From OM182 bacterium (GTDB lineage Bacteria; Pseudomonadota; Gammaproteobacteria; Pseudomonadales; Azotimanducaceae): a stretch of 64,000 nt of DNA. Positions within the stretch are counted from its first letter, which is position 1. Each line of letters starts with the position of its first letter. The stretch is from the NCBI GenBank assembly GCA_043512555.1, contig CP121333.1, forward strand, positions 2,309,955 through 2,373,954. The letters run 5' to 3'. The notes under the pieces were generated by a model. It searched no databases. It saw only the letters and a program-made list of their open reading frames with translations, and was not told where the DNA came from. Below, in pieces: positions 7,923-16,181 of this stretch. Made by a program: the position numbers and the translations under genes.

Positions 7923-8758
7923 CCGTCGCCCCTGGATTTAAGGTGGCCCGCGGTGGGTGTCGCGAAGTGTGTGCCGATAATCAGGATGTCTTCATCGGCG
8001 TATTTGTCCATTAGCGCTTTTCGTGTGCTGGTTGACGCCTGTTGATCGAAATCCGCTGAGCTTGCCCAGTCGAGATGATGAATCTGGCAGGGGTGGTGAA
8101 TGCAATCGCCGGTGATCAAAGCGTGTTGTCCCTCTGACTCAATGTGCACGCTGACATGGCCGGGCGTGTGCCCAAGTGTCGGCTCGAGGAAGACCTCGTC
8201 GCAAACCCGGTAATTCACATCGACCAGATCAACGAGACCCGCATCAAACACAGGCCGGACCGAATCATCCATTACGCCGACATTCAGATCGTCCGCCGGC
8301 ACAGAATCCCAGTATTCGTATTCCGTTTTGCCCATCAGGTAGCGAGCATTAGGAAACGTCGGAATCCATTGACCGTCTACCAACATCGTATTCCAGCCAA
8401 CATGATCCACGTGAAGGTGGGTGCACATGACGGTATCGATATCATGTCGATCGTATCCTGCTGACTTAAGGTCTTCCAAAAACGGCAGTTGCAGATTGCT
8501 CCAGTTGGGGAAGGGCCGTTCTTTGTCGTTGCCTATACAGGTATCCACGACCATTTTGCGAGTGGGTGTCTCGATGATCAGCGCATGAACGCTCATGATT
8601 AGATTACCCTCGGCATCAGCGAAATGTGGCGCAAGCCAGTCGATTTCTTTCACCTCGTCGCGCGTCGCCTGGGGCAGGATGAATTTTGATCCACCGGTAG
8701 CCTCCATCTCGATGACGCGGGTTACCTTTACGTTGCCTATCTGCCATTGGTTCGACAT
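7898..8758 (-). CDS. MBL fold metallo-hydrolase (lactonase-like)
   Basis: CTHLHVDHVGW motif and later HTPGH, 286 aa. Confidence 0.9.
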   Translation of the reverse strand: MSNQWQIGNVKVTRVIEMEATGGSKFILPQATRDEVKEIDWLAPHFADAEGNLIMSVHALIIETPTRKMVVDTCIGNDKERPFPNWSNLQLPFLEDLKSAGYDRHDIDTVMCTHLHVDHVGWNTMLVDGQWIPTFPNARYLMGKTEYEYWDSVPADDLNVGVMDDSVRPVFDAGLVDLVDVNYRVCDEVFLEPTLGHTPGHVSVHIESEGQHALITGDCIHHPCQIHHLDWASSADFDQQASTSTRKALMDKYADEDILIIGTHFATPTAGHLKSRGDGYWLDVGS

Positions 8759-8767
8759 AACGATTCC

Positions 8768-9820
8768 TTACCAGTTGCTGGATTCTGATTGAATGAGGTC
8801 CACCGCTTCAGCCAGTGAATCGGCGCGTTCTTTCCAGGTCTTTCCGCCTGTTGAGAGCCGGAGCGTAGAAACGGAAGCATCGCGATAGGCTTTCAACCTT
8901 TCAGCGATCATGTCTCTCGTGCCGATGAGATTGGTCTTCAGAACCATCTCGTCGGGCACACGACGAATGGCTTCGTCTTTCTTGCCGTCCACCCACAGTG
9001 ATTGCACTTCGATCGCTGCATCCGTATAGCCTGCGCGCCGAAATGCGTCGTTGTAGAAGTTGGTCTTCGCTGAACCCATACCGCCTAGCGTAAATGCCAT
9101 GGCCGGTTTTCTGTCTTCGATCATGCGCTCGACGTCGTCACCGATCTCGAAGCTGCCACCCACCTGTATATCGATATCGGAGAGTTGTCGGCCCGACTTT
9201 TCGAGCCCGCGGATCATAGGCTCCAGAAACACGTCGGCATGTTCAGGAATAAATGACGTGCCCAGCCAGCCGTCGGCCAGCTCGCCGGTCATCTCGAGAG
9301 ACTTTGGTCCCAGCGTTGCGAGGTAAATCGGCAGGTCGGGTCTGGGCGGCTGCGATAACTTGATGGGTTTGCCTTCACCACCAGGCCTTGGGAGTTGGTA
9401 GTGCTTACCTTCAAAGGCGAGTCGCTCACCGCTCAAGCCTTTTCGCACGACCTGTACGCACTCTCGCAGTCTGCCCAGCGGCTGGGCAAAGGCGGCGCCG
9501 TGGAGACCTTCGACCACTTGCGGCCCGCTGACCCCGAGGCCAAGTACAAATCGGTTGTTTGAGACCGTGGCCATACTCTGGGTGGTCATGGCAATCATTG
9601 AGGGGACGCGCGAGCTGATCTGCATGATGCCGGTGCCGAGCGTGATCTTTTTTGTTTTTGCCGCGAGGTAGGCGAGCGGCACGATGGCATCCATTCCCCA
9701 CGCTTCAGCTGACCAAACAAAGTCGACGCCCATGTTTTCTGCGGCAATGGTGTATTCCACCAGTTCGTCCCAGTCTTCGCCGTTGTAGTAGGCGCTACCG
9801 ACGCCGATCGCTGTCTTCAT
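8768..9820 (-). CDS. LLM class (luciferase-like) flavin/F420-dependent oxidoreductase
   Basis: 350 aa with TIM-barrel LLM-type sequence (VDFVWSAEAWG.., LGLGVSGPQVVEG). Confidence 0.85.
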   Translation of the reverse strand: MKTAIGVGSAYYNGEDWDELVEYTIAAENMGVDFVWSAEAWGMDAIVPLAYLAAKTKKITLGTGIMQISSRVPSMIAMTTQSMATVSNNRFVLGLGVSGPQVVEGLHGAAFAQPLGRLRECVQVVRKGLSGERLAFEGKHYQLPRPGGEGKPIKLSQPPRPDLPIYLATLGPKSLEMTGELADGWLGTSFIPEHADVFLEPMIRGLEKSGRQLSDIDIQVGGSFEIGDDVERMIEDRKPAMAFTLGGMGSAKTNFYNDAFRRAGYTDAAIEVQSLWVDGKKDEAIRRVPDEMVLKTNLIGTRDMIAERLKAYRDASVSTLRLSTGGKTWKERADSLAEAVDLIQSESSNW

Positions 9821-9898
9821 GTTGTTCTCCCCCCGGGTTCGTGTGCCAAGACGCTACCGTAAATCCGGATGTGCGTCGAGGTTTTGCCGAGGCAGTAC

Positions 9899-11323
9899 TT
9901 ATTCCTTGCCGGCGTTGCGTGCATCGAGCGCTGCTTTGATTTCCATCACCCGAGCGTAATCCAGCTTGTATCCCAAATAGAGAATCAGCCCTGCGAAAGA
10001 GAAGATGGAAGTTACAGGGCCAGCGATAAGGCCGAGGTTGAAAATGACGTCGGGAGCGACGGTGCCGGGTTCTGCCTTTTCGGGAAAAGCGATCAGGTCA
10101 ATGCCGATACCGCCAAACACGCCGCCGAGTGCACCGGTCGCTTTCAGCACAAAAGCCCGGGCTGAATAGATAATGCCTTCCTGCCGCTCGCCGGTTTCCA
10201 GTTCCTGCTCATCGGCGATATCCGCAAACATTGAGTTAACCGTAATGAGAATAATGGGGCCGATAACGCCTGTAACGAACCCGGGTATAAGCACACACCA
10301 GATAATGAAGGGGTGGCCGTTTTCCGGCAGCAGATCCAGAAGGCGCAGGATGATGAATACATTGGCACTGACGATGCCGAGCACGGCGGCACTCACCAGT
10401 GTCATTTTCTTGTCGAGCAGTCTTGTGATGATCGGTGTGCCGACAAATGCGATGGGTAATCCGAGTGCAACCGCCAGTGCGAGCCAGCGGAGATCCTCGG
10501 TCGCCAGGCCCCAGAAATGAATACCCATATAGGCGTTGAAGACACCTTCGATGGCGAGCACCAGGGTGCCTAGTGTCAGTCCAACAATAATGCGCAGGTA
10601 GGAGGCATTCGTGAGTACGGAGATGATTTGTGTGCCGAAGTTCTTCATTGATATCGCCGCTGCAGAAGTGACGACCCGCAGATGCGGGATCTCTTTCCAG
10701 GTACCCCAGCAGCAGATTCCGATGGCGGAAGCCGCCAGCACCGCGGCCAGCAGGCTGAAAGGTTGATACTGTTCGGGCCGGTACATACCGTGAGTGCCAT
10801 CCTCGGCGGTGGCGAAGAAAAACGACATCGCGAAAAACCAGTAGCCCCAGGCACCGACCCAGCCAAACATGGTGCTGTAGCTGAATACCCGGCTGCGATC
10901 GATGTAGTCGTGTGCCATTTCAGCGCCCAGCGCCATGTGCGGGATGTAGTAAAGCGTGAGGAAGAGCCGCAACAGAACGCTGGTCACGATCAGCCAGCCA
11001 AAGTAGAAACCTTCGCTCATGTCCGCCGGTGGATTAAACAGCATGTACAGGCATATCGACATGGGAATTGCGGCAGACAGTATCCACGGGTGTCGTCGAC
11101 CCCACTTTGAGCGGGTTCTGTCTGACAGGTAACCCGCAGCTGGGTCGGTAAGGGCGTCGATCAATACGGCAATACCCAGGGCGAGCGCGGTGAGTGTGGC
11201 GGATATGCCAATGATCTGGTTGTAGTAGAAGAGAGCGAAGGTGTTGAAGACGGTGGTCTTGATGCCTTCCGCCACTTGCCCGGTACCAAACGCCAGTTTG
11301 GACGACATAGGGAGCTTGCGCAT
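9899..11323 (-). CDS. MFS transporter, glycoside-pentoside-hexuronide (GPH):cation symporter family
   Basis: From MRKLPMSSKLAFGTGQVAEG..FALFYYNQIIG the sequence is 12-TM like and MelB/YicJ-like. Start chosen at ATG 11323; 11308 or 11362 are possible. The upstream 140 codons of the tracked ORF are not protein-like. Confidence 0.85.
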   Translation of the reverse strand: MRKLPMSSKLAFGTGQVAEGIKTTVFNTFALFYYNQIIGISATLTALALGIAVLIDALTDPAAGYLSDRTRSKWGRRHPWILSAAIPMSICLYMLFNPPADMSEGFYFGWLIVTSVLLRLFLTLYYIPHMALGAEMAHDYIDRSRVFSYSTMFGWVGAWGYWFFAMSFFFATAEDGTHGMYRPEQYQPFSLLAAVLAASAIGICCWGTWKEIPHLRVVTSAAAISMKNFGTQIISVLTNASYLRIIVGLTLGTLVLAIEGVFNAYMGIHFWGLATEDLRWLALAVALGLPIAFVGTPIITRLLDKKMTLVSAAVLGIVSANVFIILRLLDLLPENGHPFIIWCVLIPGFVTGVIGPIILITVNSMFADIADEQELETGERQEGIIYSARAFVLKATGALGGVFGGIGIDLIAFPEKAEPGTVAPDVIFNLGLIAGPVTSIFSFAGLILYLGYKLDYARVMEIKAALDARNAGKE

Positions 11324-11377
11324 GGAGACCTGTGTTCCTGGATCAGCGGACAAGTTGATCATGCCCGCCAAAATAAA

Positions 11378-11402
11378 GAAACCCCGCGCGAGGCGGGGTT
11401 TC
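11378..11402 (-). terminator. intrinsic terminator inside the leader of the GPH transporter gene
   Basis: Minus strand reads GAAACCCCGC-ctcgc-GCGGGGTTTC followed by TTTATTTT, ending about 50 nt before ATG 11323. Confidence 0.75.
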
Positions 11403-11910
11403 CTTAGGATTTTGGCCGGGACAATGTCAGGCAAGCCTGCCATCGTTCGTTGGTCTATCCATCCAGGCCTTTCGGTCTGGGGTTGAGTCATCGGTCCAGG
11501 GTTTAACCCCTGGGCCGGACTCGAGCGAAGTGCCGTTGTCCACTTTCCCTGCTCAAAGCCGCCAACCGAGGTTGATGATCTTGGCCAGGTTCCGCTTCGG
11601 TTTCCCTCCGCGTCGGCTGTTTCCATGCTACCGAACGTCTCCGGCGATTTTCGCAGCCTGTGACTCAGCGAGTCGTTCTTTAATGACGCCTTGCTACGTC
11701 CCCACACCCCGGGTCGATCGCCCTCATGATGTGGTGCAGGCATCCGGTCTACGGTTCACAGCTCCTCTCGGTTCTGCGTCCCGCTGCTTCCGAAGAAGCA
11801 CCCGGTAGCCCTTAAGCCGCCCTTGCCCTGGCGACCCCGACCCGGCACAGGTCTCTCGATTTGAAGGGTTTGTCTGGCTGGCCGTTTCCGGTCTTCCTGA
11901 CCCCCTCAAC
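11403..11910 (-). ncRNA. candidate structured leader RNA / riboswitch-like element, class not recognised
   Basis: About 500 nt with no credible ORF. Minus-strand hairpins capped by stable tetraloops: C(UUCG)G at 11785-11800, GAAA at 11463-11480 and 11882-11891. Further stems at 11496-11513, 11523-11554 and 11662-11674. The terminator lies at the 3' end. The 5' boundary is unknown. Confidence 0.35.
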
Positions 11911-11970
11911 CGTTAAGAGACAAGTTACGCCTGACTACAGCGTTTGACTACTGAAACGTCTGCAATCTTC

Positions 11971-12034
11971 GGTGGATTAGCTGTGGATAACCGGGGGGTA
12001 ACTTGCCCTGGCGGTGGATATTAGTTGTGAATAA
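11971..12034. promoter_or_regulatory. cluster of four same-orientation DnaA-box-like 9-mers
   Basis: TGTGGATAA (11982-11990) is the exact complement of TTATCCACA. TGTGAATAA (12026-12034) has 1 mismatch. GGTGGATTA (11971-11979) and GGTGGATAT (12013-12021) have 2 mismatches each. An AT-rich tract follows at about 12058-12140. Confidence 0.35.
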
Positions 12035-12209
12035 CGCCGGGATGGCCCTGGGGAGTCTAAGCTATTGTTATATAGACACTTAATCACTTGAATATCATTC
12101 ATTTTGCGGTGTCAGACGCGAAATATTATTTGCTCGACGAGGCGGTGAGTTGTTCCTGCTGTTTACGGATATCCTGAGGGAGCGGCAGAGCTTCGTGGTA
12201 GCGCCTCAG

Positions 12210-12647
12210 TCAGGTTGTTGGGGTTCGGTGAGCTGCCAGGTTTTGGCGCGTTAATCCAGGCAATTGATCATGGCGCTCATCCCAGGCAGGTAGATGCTCA
12301 ACAAAGATGTGTTTGTCCGGGCGGAGCCCCGGGTCATCGTCTAGTAGACCTGCAGGTATCTCCATGAACTCGCCAACCGGGTTGGCGGGGGGTACGGGCG
12401 AGCCGCACAGCTCACAAAAATTCACTTCGAAGGCAGGGGCGTTGTGAATAATGGGCGCAAAGTATTGTCTAATGTGTTCTGCGCCGGCCTTCATGTGAAA
12501 GTCTTTGGTATTGCAGCCAATGGCAGGCATACCCTGTGCACCACTGACTTTCCTGCAACGATTGCAGTGACAGATTTCAAAAGGGCCGGTGAACCGGTCG
12601 ACTGTAAACTGCACGGTATTGCAGAGACAGGAGCCACTGATACTCAT
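12210..12647 (-). CDS. GFA family protein (glutathione-dependent formaldehyde-activating / CENP-V fold)
   Basis: GSCLCNTVQF and CHCNRCRK zinc-cysteine motifs. The start overlaps the upstream stop by 1 nt (TGATG). Confidence 0.85.
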   Translation of the reverse strand: MSISGSCLCNTVQFTVDRFTGPFEICHCNRCRKVSGAQGMPAIGCNTKDFHMKAGAEHIRQYFAPIIHNAPAFEVNFCELCGSPVPPANPVGEFMEIPAGLLDDDPGLRPDKHIFVEHLPAWDERHDQLPGLTRQNLAAHRTPTT

Positions 12648-12997
12648 CAGAACTTTTCCTCCCCCCGATGGCGGTTAGCGTCTGGGAAATCGCGATAGAG
12701 CGCGAAGCGTACGTCGGTAACCTTCGAGTTGACCGCGTGGTGAAAGCTTTCTATTGGATCTTTCCTGCTCGCAGCCTGGGAGAATGCCTGGTCCAGTTGG
12801 GCAAGGTCATCGAACTCGAGCAGAATATGAAATTCGCCGAGATCAGATGGGCTGAGCCCCAGCTTGCATCGGGTAACGCGGTAGGTTGCCAGCTGACCGT
12901 CGGCCTTCAGTTTGCCAAGAAAGGCGTCGACATCTTCAGCGAACGTCACATCACTGACACCAGGCTTGAGGTTGCACCAGATGTGATAAATATCCAT
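12647..12997 (-). CDS. hypothetical small protein (116 aa)
   Basis: Clean ORF translationally coupled to the GFA gene. Globular-looking sequence MDIYHIWCNLKPGV... The family is not confidently recognised. Confidence 0.6.
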   Translation of the reverse strand: MDIYHIWCNLKPGVSDVTFAEDVDAFLGKLKADGQLATYRVTRCKLGLSPSDLGEFHILLEFDDLAQLDQAFSQAASRKDPIESFHHAVNSKVTDVRFALYRDFPDANRHRGEEKF

Positions 12998-13092
12998 AAC
13001 GAATGTCCTTTTCTATTAGTTGTGAGCCCGTTACTTGGGAGACTAGTTGTAGCATCATTAACGGATGTTGAACAAAGACTGGCGAACGATTT

Positions 13093-13878
13093 ATGGAAGT
13101 TAGACTGGACGGACGAATAGCGCTGATCACCGGCGGCAGCAAAGGCCTTGGCTACGCGATGGCACACAAGTTTGCAGCGAGTGGCGCGAAGGTATCGATC
13201 GTTGCTCGGAACGAAGCCGAAGTTAGTGCCGCGGCAGAAGAGATAATCAGTGATACGGGCAGTGAAGTGCTTGCCGTGTCCAGTGATGTCAGTCAGGCAG
13301 CCGGCGTGCAGTCAGCCTTCGACGAGACGATCAACCGGTTCGGTAAGGTGGATATCCTGATTAACAATGCCGGGTTTGCGAAAGCCGCGCCTTTTGAGTC
13401 CATCACCGATGATGAATGGCAGCATGACTTTGACCTGAAGCTGATGGCGGCGGTCAGACTCTCGCGGCTTGTCTTCCCGGGGATGAAAGCACAGCGCTGG
13501 GGCAGAATCATCAATATGTTGAACACGCTCGCGAAAACACCCTCGGCTGGTTCAGCACCCACATCGGTGACCCGGGCTGCGGGCATGGCGTTGACGAAAG
13601 TGCTGGCAGGAGAGGGCGCGCCCCACAATATACTTGTTAACGGGTTCAACATAGGCCTGATCAAGTCTGACCAGATTCGCCGCGCCTACGACGCCAAGCC
13701 GCGTGAGGAGACGTTTGACGAATTCGTGGACCGGGCCGGGAAAAAGTCAGTGCCCATTGGCCGATACGGTGAAGCCGAAGAATGTGCCAACCTGGCGTGT
13801 TTGCTCTGCTCGGATGACTGCGGGTTCGTTTCCGGCACATCGATCAACATCGATGGCAATATGTCACCCGCGCTTTAA
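13093..13878 (+). CDS. SDR-fold protein with non-canonical active site
   Basis: ITGGSKGLGYA and NNAG motifs are present. The positions aligned to the Ser/Tyr/Lys of the first SDR read N(or L)/T/R (NMLN ... TSVTR). Confidence 0.8.
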   Translation: MEVRLDGRIALITGGSKGLGYAMAHKFAASGAKVSIVARNEAEVSAAAEEIISDTGSEVLAVSSDVSQAAGVQSAFDETINRFGKVDILINNAGFAKAAPFESITDDEWQHDFDLKLMAAVRLSRLVFPGMKAQRWGRIINMLNTLAKTPSAGSAPTSVTRAAGMALTKVLAGEGAPHNILVNGFNIGLIKSDQIRRAYDAKPREETFDEFVDRAGKKSVPIGRYGEAEECANLACLLCSDDCGFVSGTSINIDGNMSPAL

Positions 13879-13879
13879 C

Positions 13880-14518
13880 TTAGCTGAAATCCAGTTCCTG
13901 CTGCTTGAACGCAATGTCGCCAATCTTTTCGGGCTGTTGCCACTTGTCGTGGTTCGCGCGGTAAGAGTCGATCAGCCCGTCTATGGCATCCAGTGACAGC
14001 TCATCGAGCGTCATGTTCGGTGCACCCTTGACGCCGCTACCTGAGCGAAACTCAAGGAGTTCGACACCGGCTGGGCCTGCGGTGTATTTGTAGGGCATGC
14101 CGTTGGGTAAAAAGAAGGTCGAGCCTGGCCCCAGTTTCCGTTTGCCCAGTGGGATTTCACCTGCGATGACATAGTAGAGGCAGTCACCGTAGGCAGGGTG
14201 ACTGTGTCGAAACAGCTCGAAGTTAGCCCCGAACCAGACGTGCGCCAGGGTCATACCATTTTTGCCACCCTGTGCGAACAAAAGCGTCGATGAGTTGCCA
14301 TCGGTAAACGCTTTGACCAACTCGATGACTTTTTCCCGTGTGGCTTCCTCGCCAAACTTTTCAGCCAGTGTGCTGTAGTCAAAAGCGGCTGCCGCGTGAT
14401 CGTCTTTGATTTTCCCGGATGGAATAGGGGTCATCATTGCTGGATTCTCATTGATCTTGAATGGCCCACGTTCTGATGTATAGCCTCGGGTAACCGTTTC
14501 CTTGCGCTGTTCGCTCAT
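13880..14518 (-). CDS. cupin-like hypothetical protein
   Basis: 212 aa with a segment FRHSHPAYGDCLYYVIAGEIPLG..GPGSTFFLPNG resembling the cupin two-motif pattern. Confidence 0.6.
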   Translation of the reverse strand: MSEQRKETVTRGYTSERGPFKINENPAMMTPIPSGKIKDDHAAAAFDYSTLAEKFGEEATREKVIELVKAFTDGNSSTLLFAQGGKNGMTLAHVWFGANFELFRHSHPAYGDCLYYVIAGEIPLGKRKLGPGSTFFLPNGMPYKYTAGPAGVELLEFRSGSGVKGAPNMTLDELSLDAIDGLIDSYRANHDKWQQPEKIGDIAFKQQELDFS

Positions 14519-14551
14519 GCCTGTCTCTCGCTGATCTGGGGGGTGGTGAAT

Positions 14552-14791
14552 CTACCCTAGCCAAGCCGGCCGGAAAGCGCAATTTGGTCGTCGTAGGATT
14601 TCAGTGGGAAAAAGCGTCAATCCCCCGACTACCAGAACAATCGCTGTCAGGTTCGCTTCGACATGGGCACCGTAGTGGGGGCATTCAAACCCATCGGGAT
14701 GAACCTGCTTAAAGTTGATCGTATTTTCGCCGCATCCTGGACATGATCTGGGTGGTTCGTTTCTCATTCTGAGACTCCGGGCGTAGAGCAC
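14552..14791 (-). CDS. possible small zinc-ribbon/membrane protein (weak)
   Basis: CPGCGE..ECPHYGAH followed by the hydrophobic stretch LTAIVLVVGGLTLF. No clear RBS. It could be spurious. Confidence 0.25.
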   Translation of the reverse strand: MLYARSLRMRNEPPRSCPGCGENTINFKQVHPDGFECPHYGAHVEANLTAIVLVVGGLTLFPTEILRRPNCAFRPAWLG

Positions 14792-15034
14792 CCGAATCGT
14801 TTACTCGTTGAGATATTCAGCTGCGCCATAGACGCTTGCCATAAAGCCGGCTCTTCCAAGCATGGAGCCCTTCATTTTGAGGGCCTTTCAGCATGAACCA
14901 GACTTTGGGTTTAGTCGTGCGAACAAGACGCTAATGGGCGTGATCCATTCGCCTGTCGGCGTGGGTGTAGATTCCGTTCGGCTTCAAAAGTTGTGTTACT
15001 GTTTCCCGCAATTGTGGAGCCACCAGGTGATGAC

Positions 15035-16159
15035 ATGCCGGATAACTTGCCAGATGCAGTGCTGGCTGAAAGAGACAAAGCATTCGCTTTCATTGAAGAT
15101 GTCGTTCGCCCTTTAGCAGAAGAAGGTGCAGAAGATGCGGCTGCTAAAGTGCGCGATGCATCAAAACAGGCAGGCTTCTTTTTCAAGACGCAGCCAGAAA
15201 CGTTTGGCGGTAGTCCTGCATCGACTTTGGAGCTGACCGTGCTCCGGGAGCTGTTCGCTGCGAGTAACTTGCCGCTGACGCAAAACATCTTTGGCCCTGG
15301 CCCTGGCGTTTTGCATGCTGTCGAAGGCGAACTCAAAACGGCGTACCTGGAACCGGTGCTGCGAGGTGAAAAACGCGGAGCCTTCGGATTTACTGAACCT
15401 GATTCAGCCAGTCATCCGACTCGCGGTGTTATCCAGGGTGACAACATTTGTATCAACGGACAGAAGTCCTACGTGACCGGTGGTATGCATGCGGATTTCG
15501 TATCTGCGCTCGTGAATGTTGTACATGAGAATGGAGACAAGGCAGGTACCGCGATGGTTGTGATTGACCGTGACATCGAGGGCCTCACGATTGACCGGGA
15601 GTTCTCGTCTCTGGACGGAAGTAGCCATGTGGCGATGACATTCAATGATGTTGTTGTGCCGAAATCTCATGTCATCGGTGCCCTGGGCGAGGGGATGCCA
15701 CGCGCACTTGCCAATATCGGCAACGTTCGCCTGATGGTGTCAGCTCAAGCTACCGGCATGTGCATGTGGGCCATCGACTTTATAGAGCAGCATCTGAAAG
15801 CGCCGCATCGCAGCGGTACCCCGCTCGGGGATCGCGAGGGTGTTCGGCTGCGCTATGCCGATATGCGTATCCAAACCTTCGCTGCCAGAAGTGCGTTGTA
15901 TCGAACGGCAAGGCTCGTTGATACGGGTGATCGGGCCATCAACGAAGTCGCCGCGACTAAAATACTGACGACTGAAACCGCAGGCAGGGTGGTGGATGCC
16001 GCCGTTCAGTTGTTTGGTGGTCAGGCGCTGGTCTCAGACCATCCGCTTGAAAAACTCTATCGTGAGGTGCGATCGCTTCGCTTTGTAGAAGGCGCAAGTG
16101 ACCTGCTGCGACTCAACATCGCCAAAGGGCGACTCGAACTGGATGCCGGTCGCCTTTAG
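15035..16159 (+). CDS. acyl-CoA dehydrogenase family protein
   Basis: ACAD-type C-terminus (FGGQALV..LEKLYREVRSLRFVEGASDLLRLNIAK). Start moved to ATG 15035, preceded by AGGTGA. Confidence 0.85.
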   Translation: MPDNLPDAVLAERDKAFAFIEDVVRPLAEEGAEDAAAKVRDASKQAGFFFKTQPETFGGSPASTLELTVLRELFAASNLPLTQNIFGPGPGVLHAVEGELKTAYLEPVLRGEKRGAFGFTEPDSASHPTRGVIQGDNICINGQKSYVTGGMHADFVSALVNVVHENGDKAGTAMVVIDRDIEGLTIDREFSSLDGSSHVAMTFNDVVVPKSHVIGALGEGMPRALANIGNVRLMVSAQATGMCMWAIDFIEQHLKAPHRSGTPLGDREGVRLRYADMRIQTFAARSALYRTARLVDTGDRAINEVAATKILTTETAGRVVDAAVQLFGGQALVSDHPLEKLYREVRSLRFVEGASDLLRLNIAKGRLELDAGRL

Positions 16160-16181
16160 TGATAGACGAGGTCGTTAGCGG

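Noticed and set aside
11324-11743. N-terminal 140-codon extension of the tracked 614-aa transporter ORF (MPAPHHEGDRPGVWGRS...).
   Set aside because: It is low-complexity and not protein-like, it runs straight through an intrinsic terminator hairpin, and the transporter homology only begins at MRKLPMSSKLAFG. I treat it as an open frame arising by chance in GC-rich non-coding sequence.
11403-11940. Whether the structured region is RNase P RNA, tmRNA, 4.5S/SRP RNA, or a cobalamin, TPP or glycine riboswitch.
   Set aside because: I looked for the hallmark strings: GGAAAGUCCGGGC and ACAGAACCCGGCUUA for RNase P, a tag-peptide reading frame and CCA-end T-arm for tmRNA, the GGAA/AGCA domain IV for SRP, the GCCACUG B12 box, CUGAGA...ACCUGAUCUGGAUAAUGCCAGCG for TPP, and CACCGAAGGGGCAA for glycine. 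None is present, and partial resemblances were too weak. The class therefore remains unassigned.
11971-12140. Calling this locus the chromosomal origin (oriC).
   Set aside because: Only one perfect DnaA box is present. There are no flanking dnaA, dnaN, mnmG or rpmH genes, no GATC cluster, and GC skew cannot be computed here. I keep it as a DnaA-box cluster worth testing, not as an origin call.
14911-15336. 141-aa antisense ORF over the acyl-CoA dehydrogenase start, and similar antisense ORFs throughout (for example 26893..27405, 47706..48251, 54572..55177, 56178..56777, 58839..59546).
   Set aside because: Each lies opposite a confidently recognised gene, has Ser/Arg/Ala-rich composition, and matches no recognisable family.
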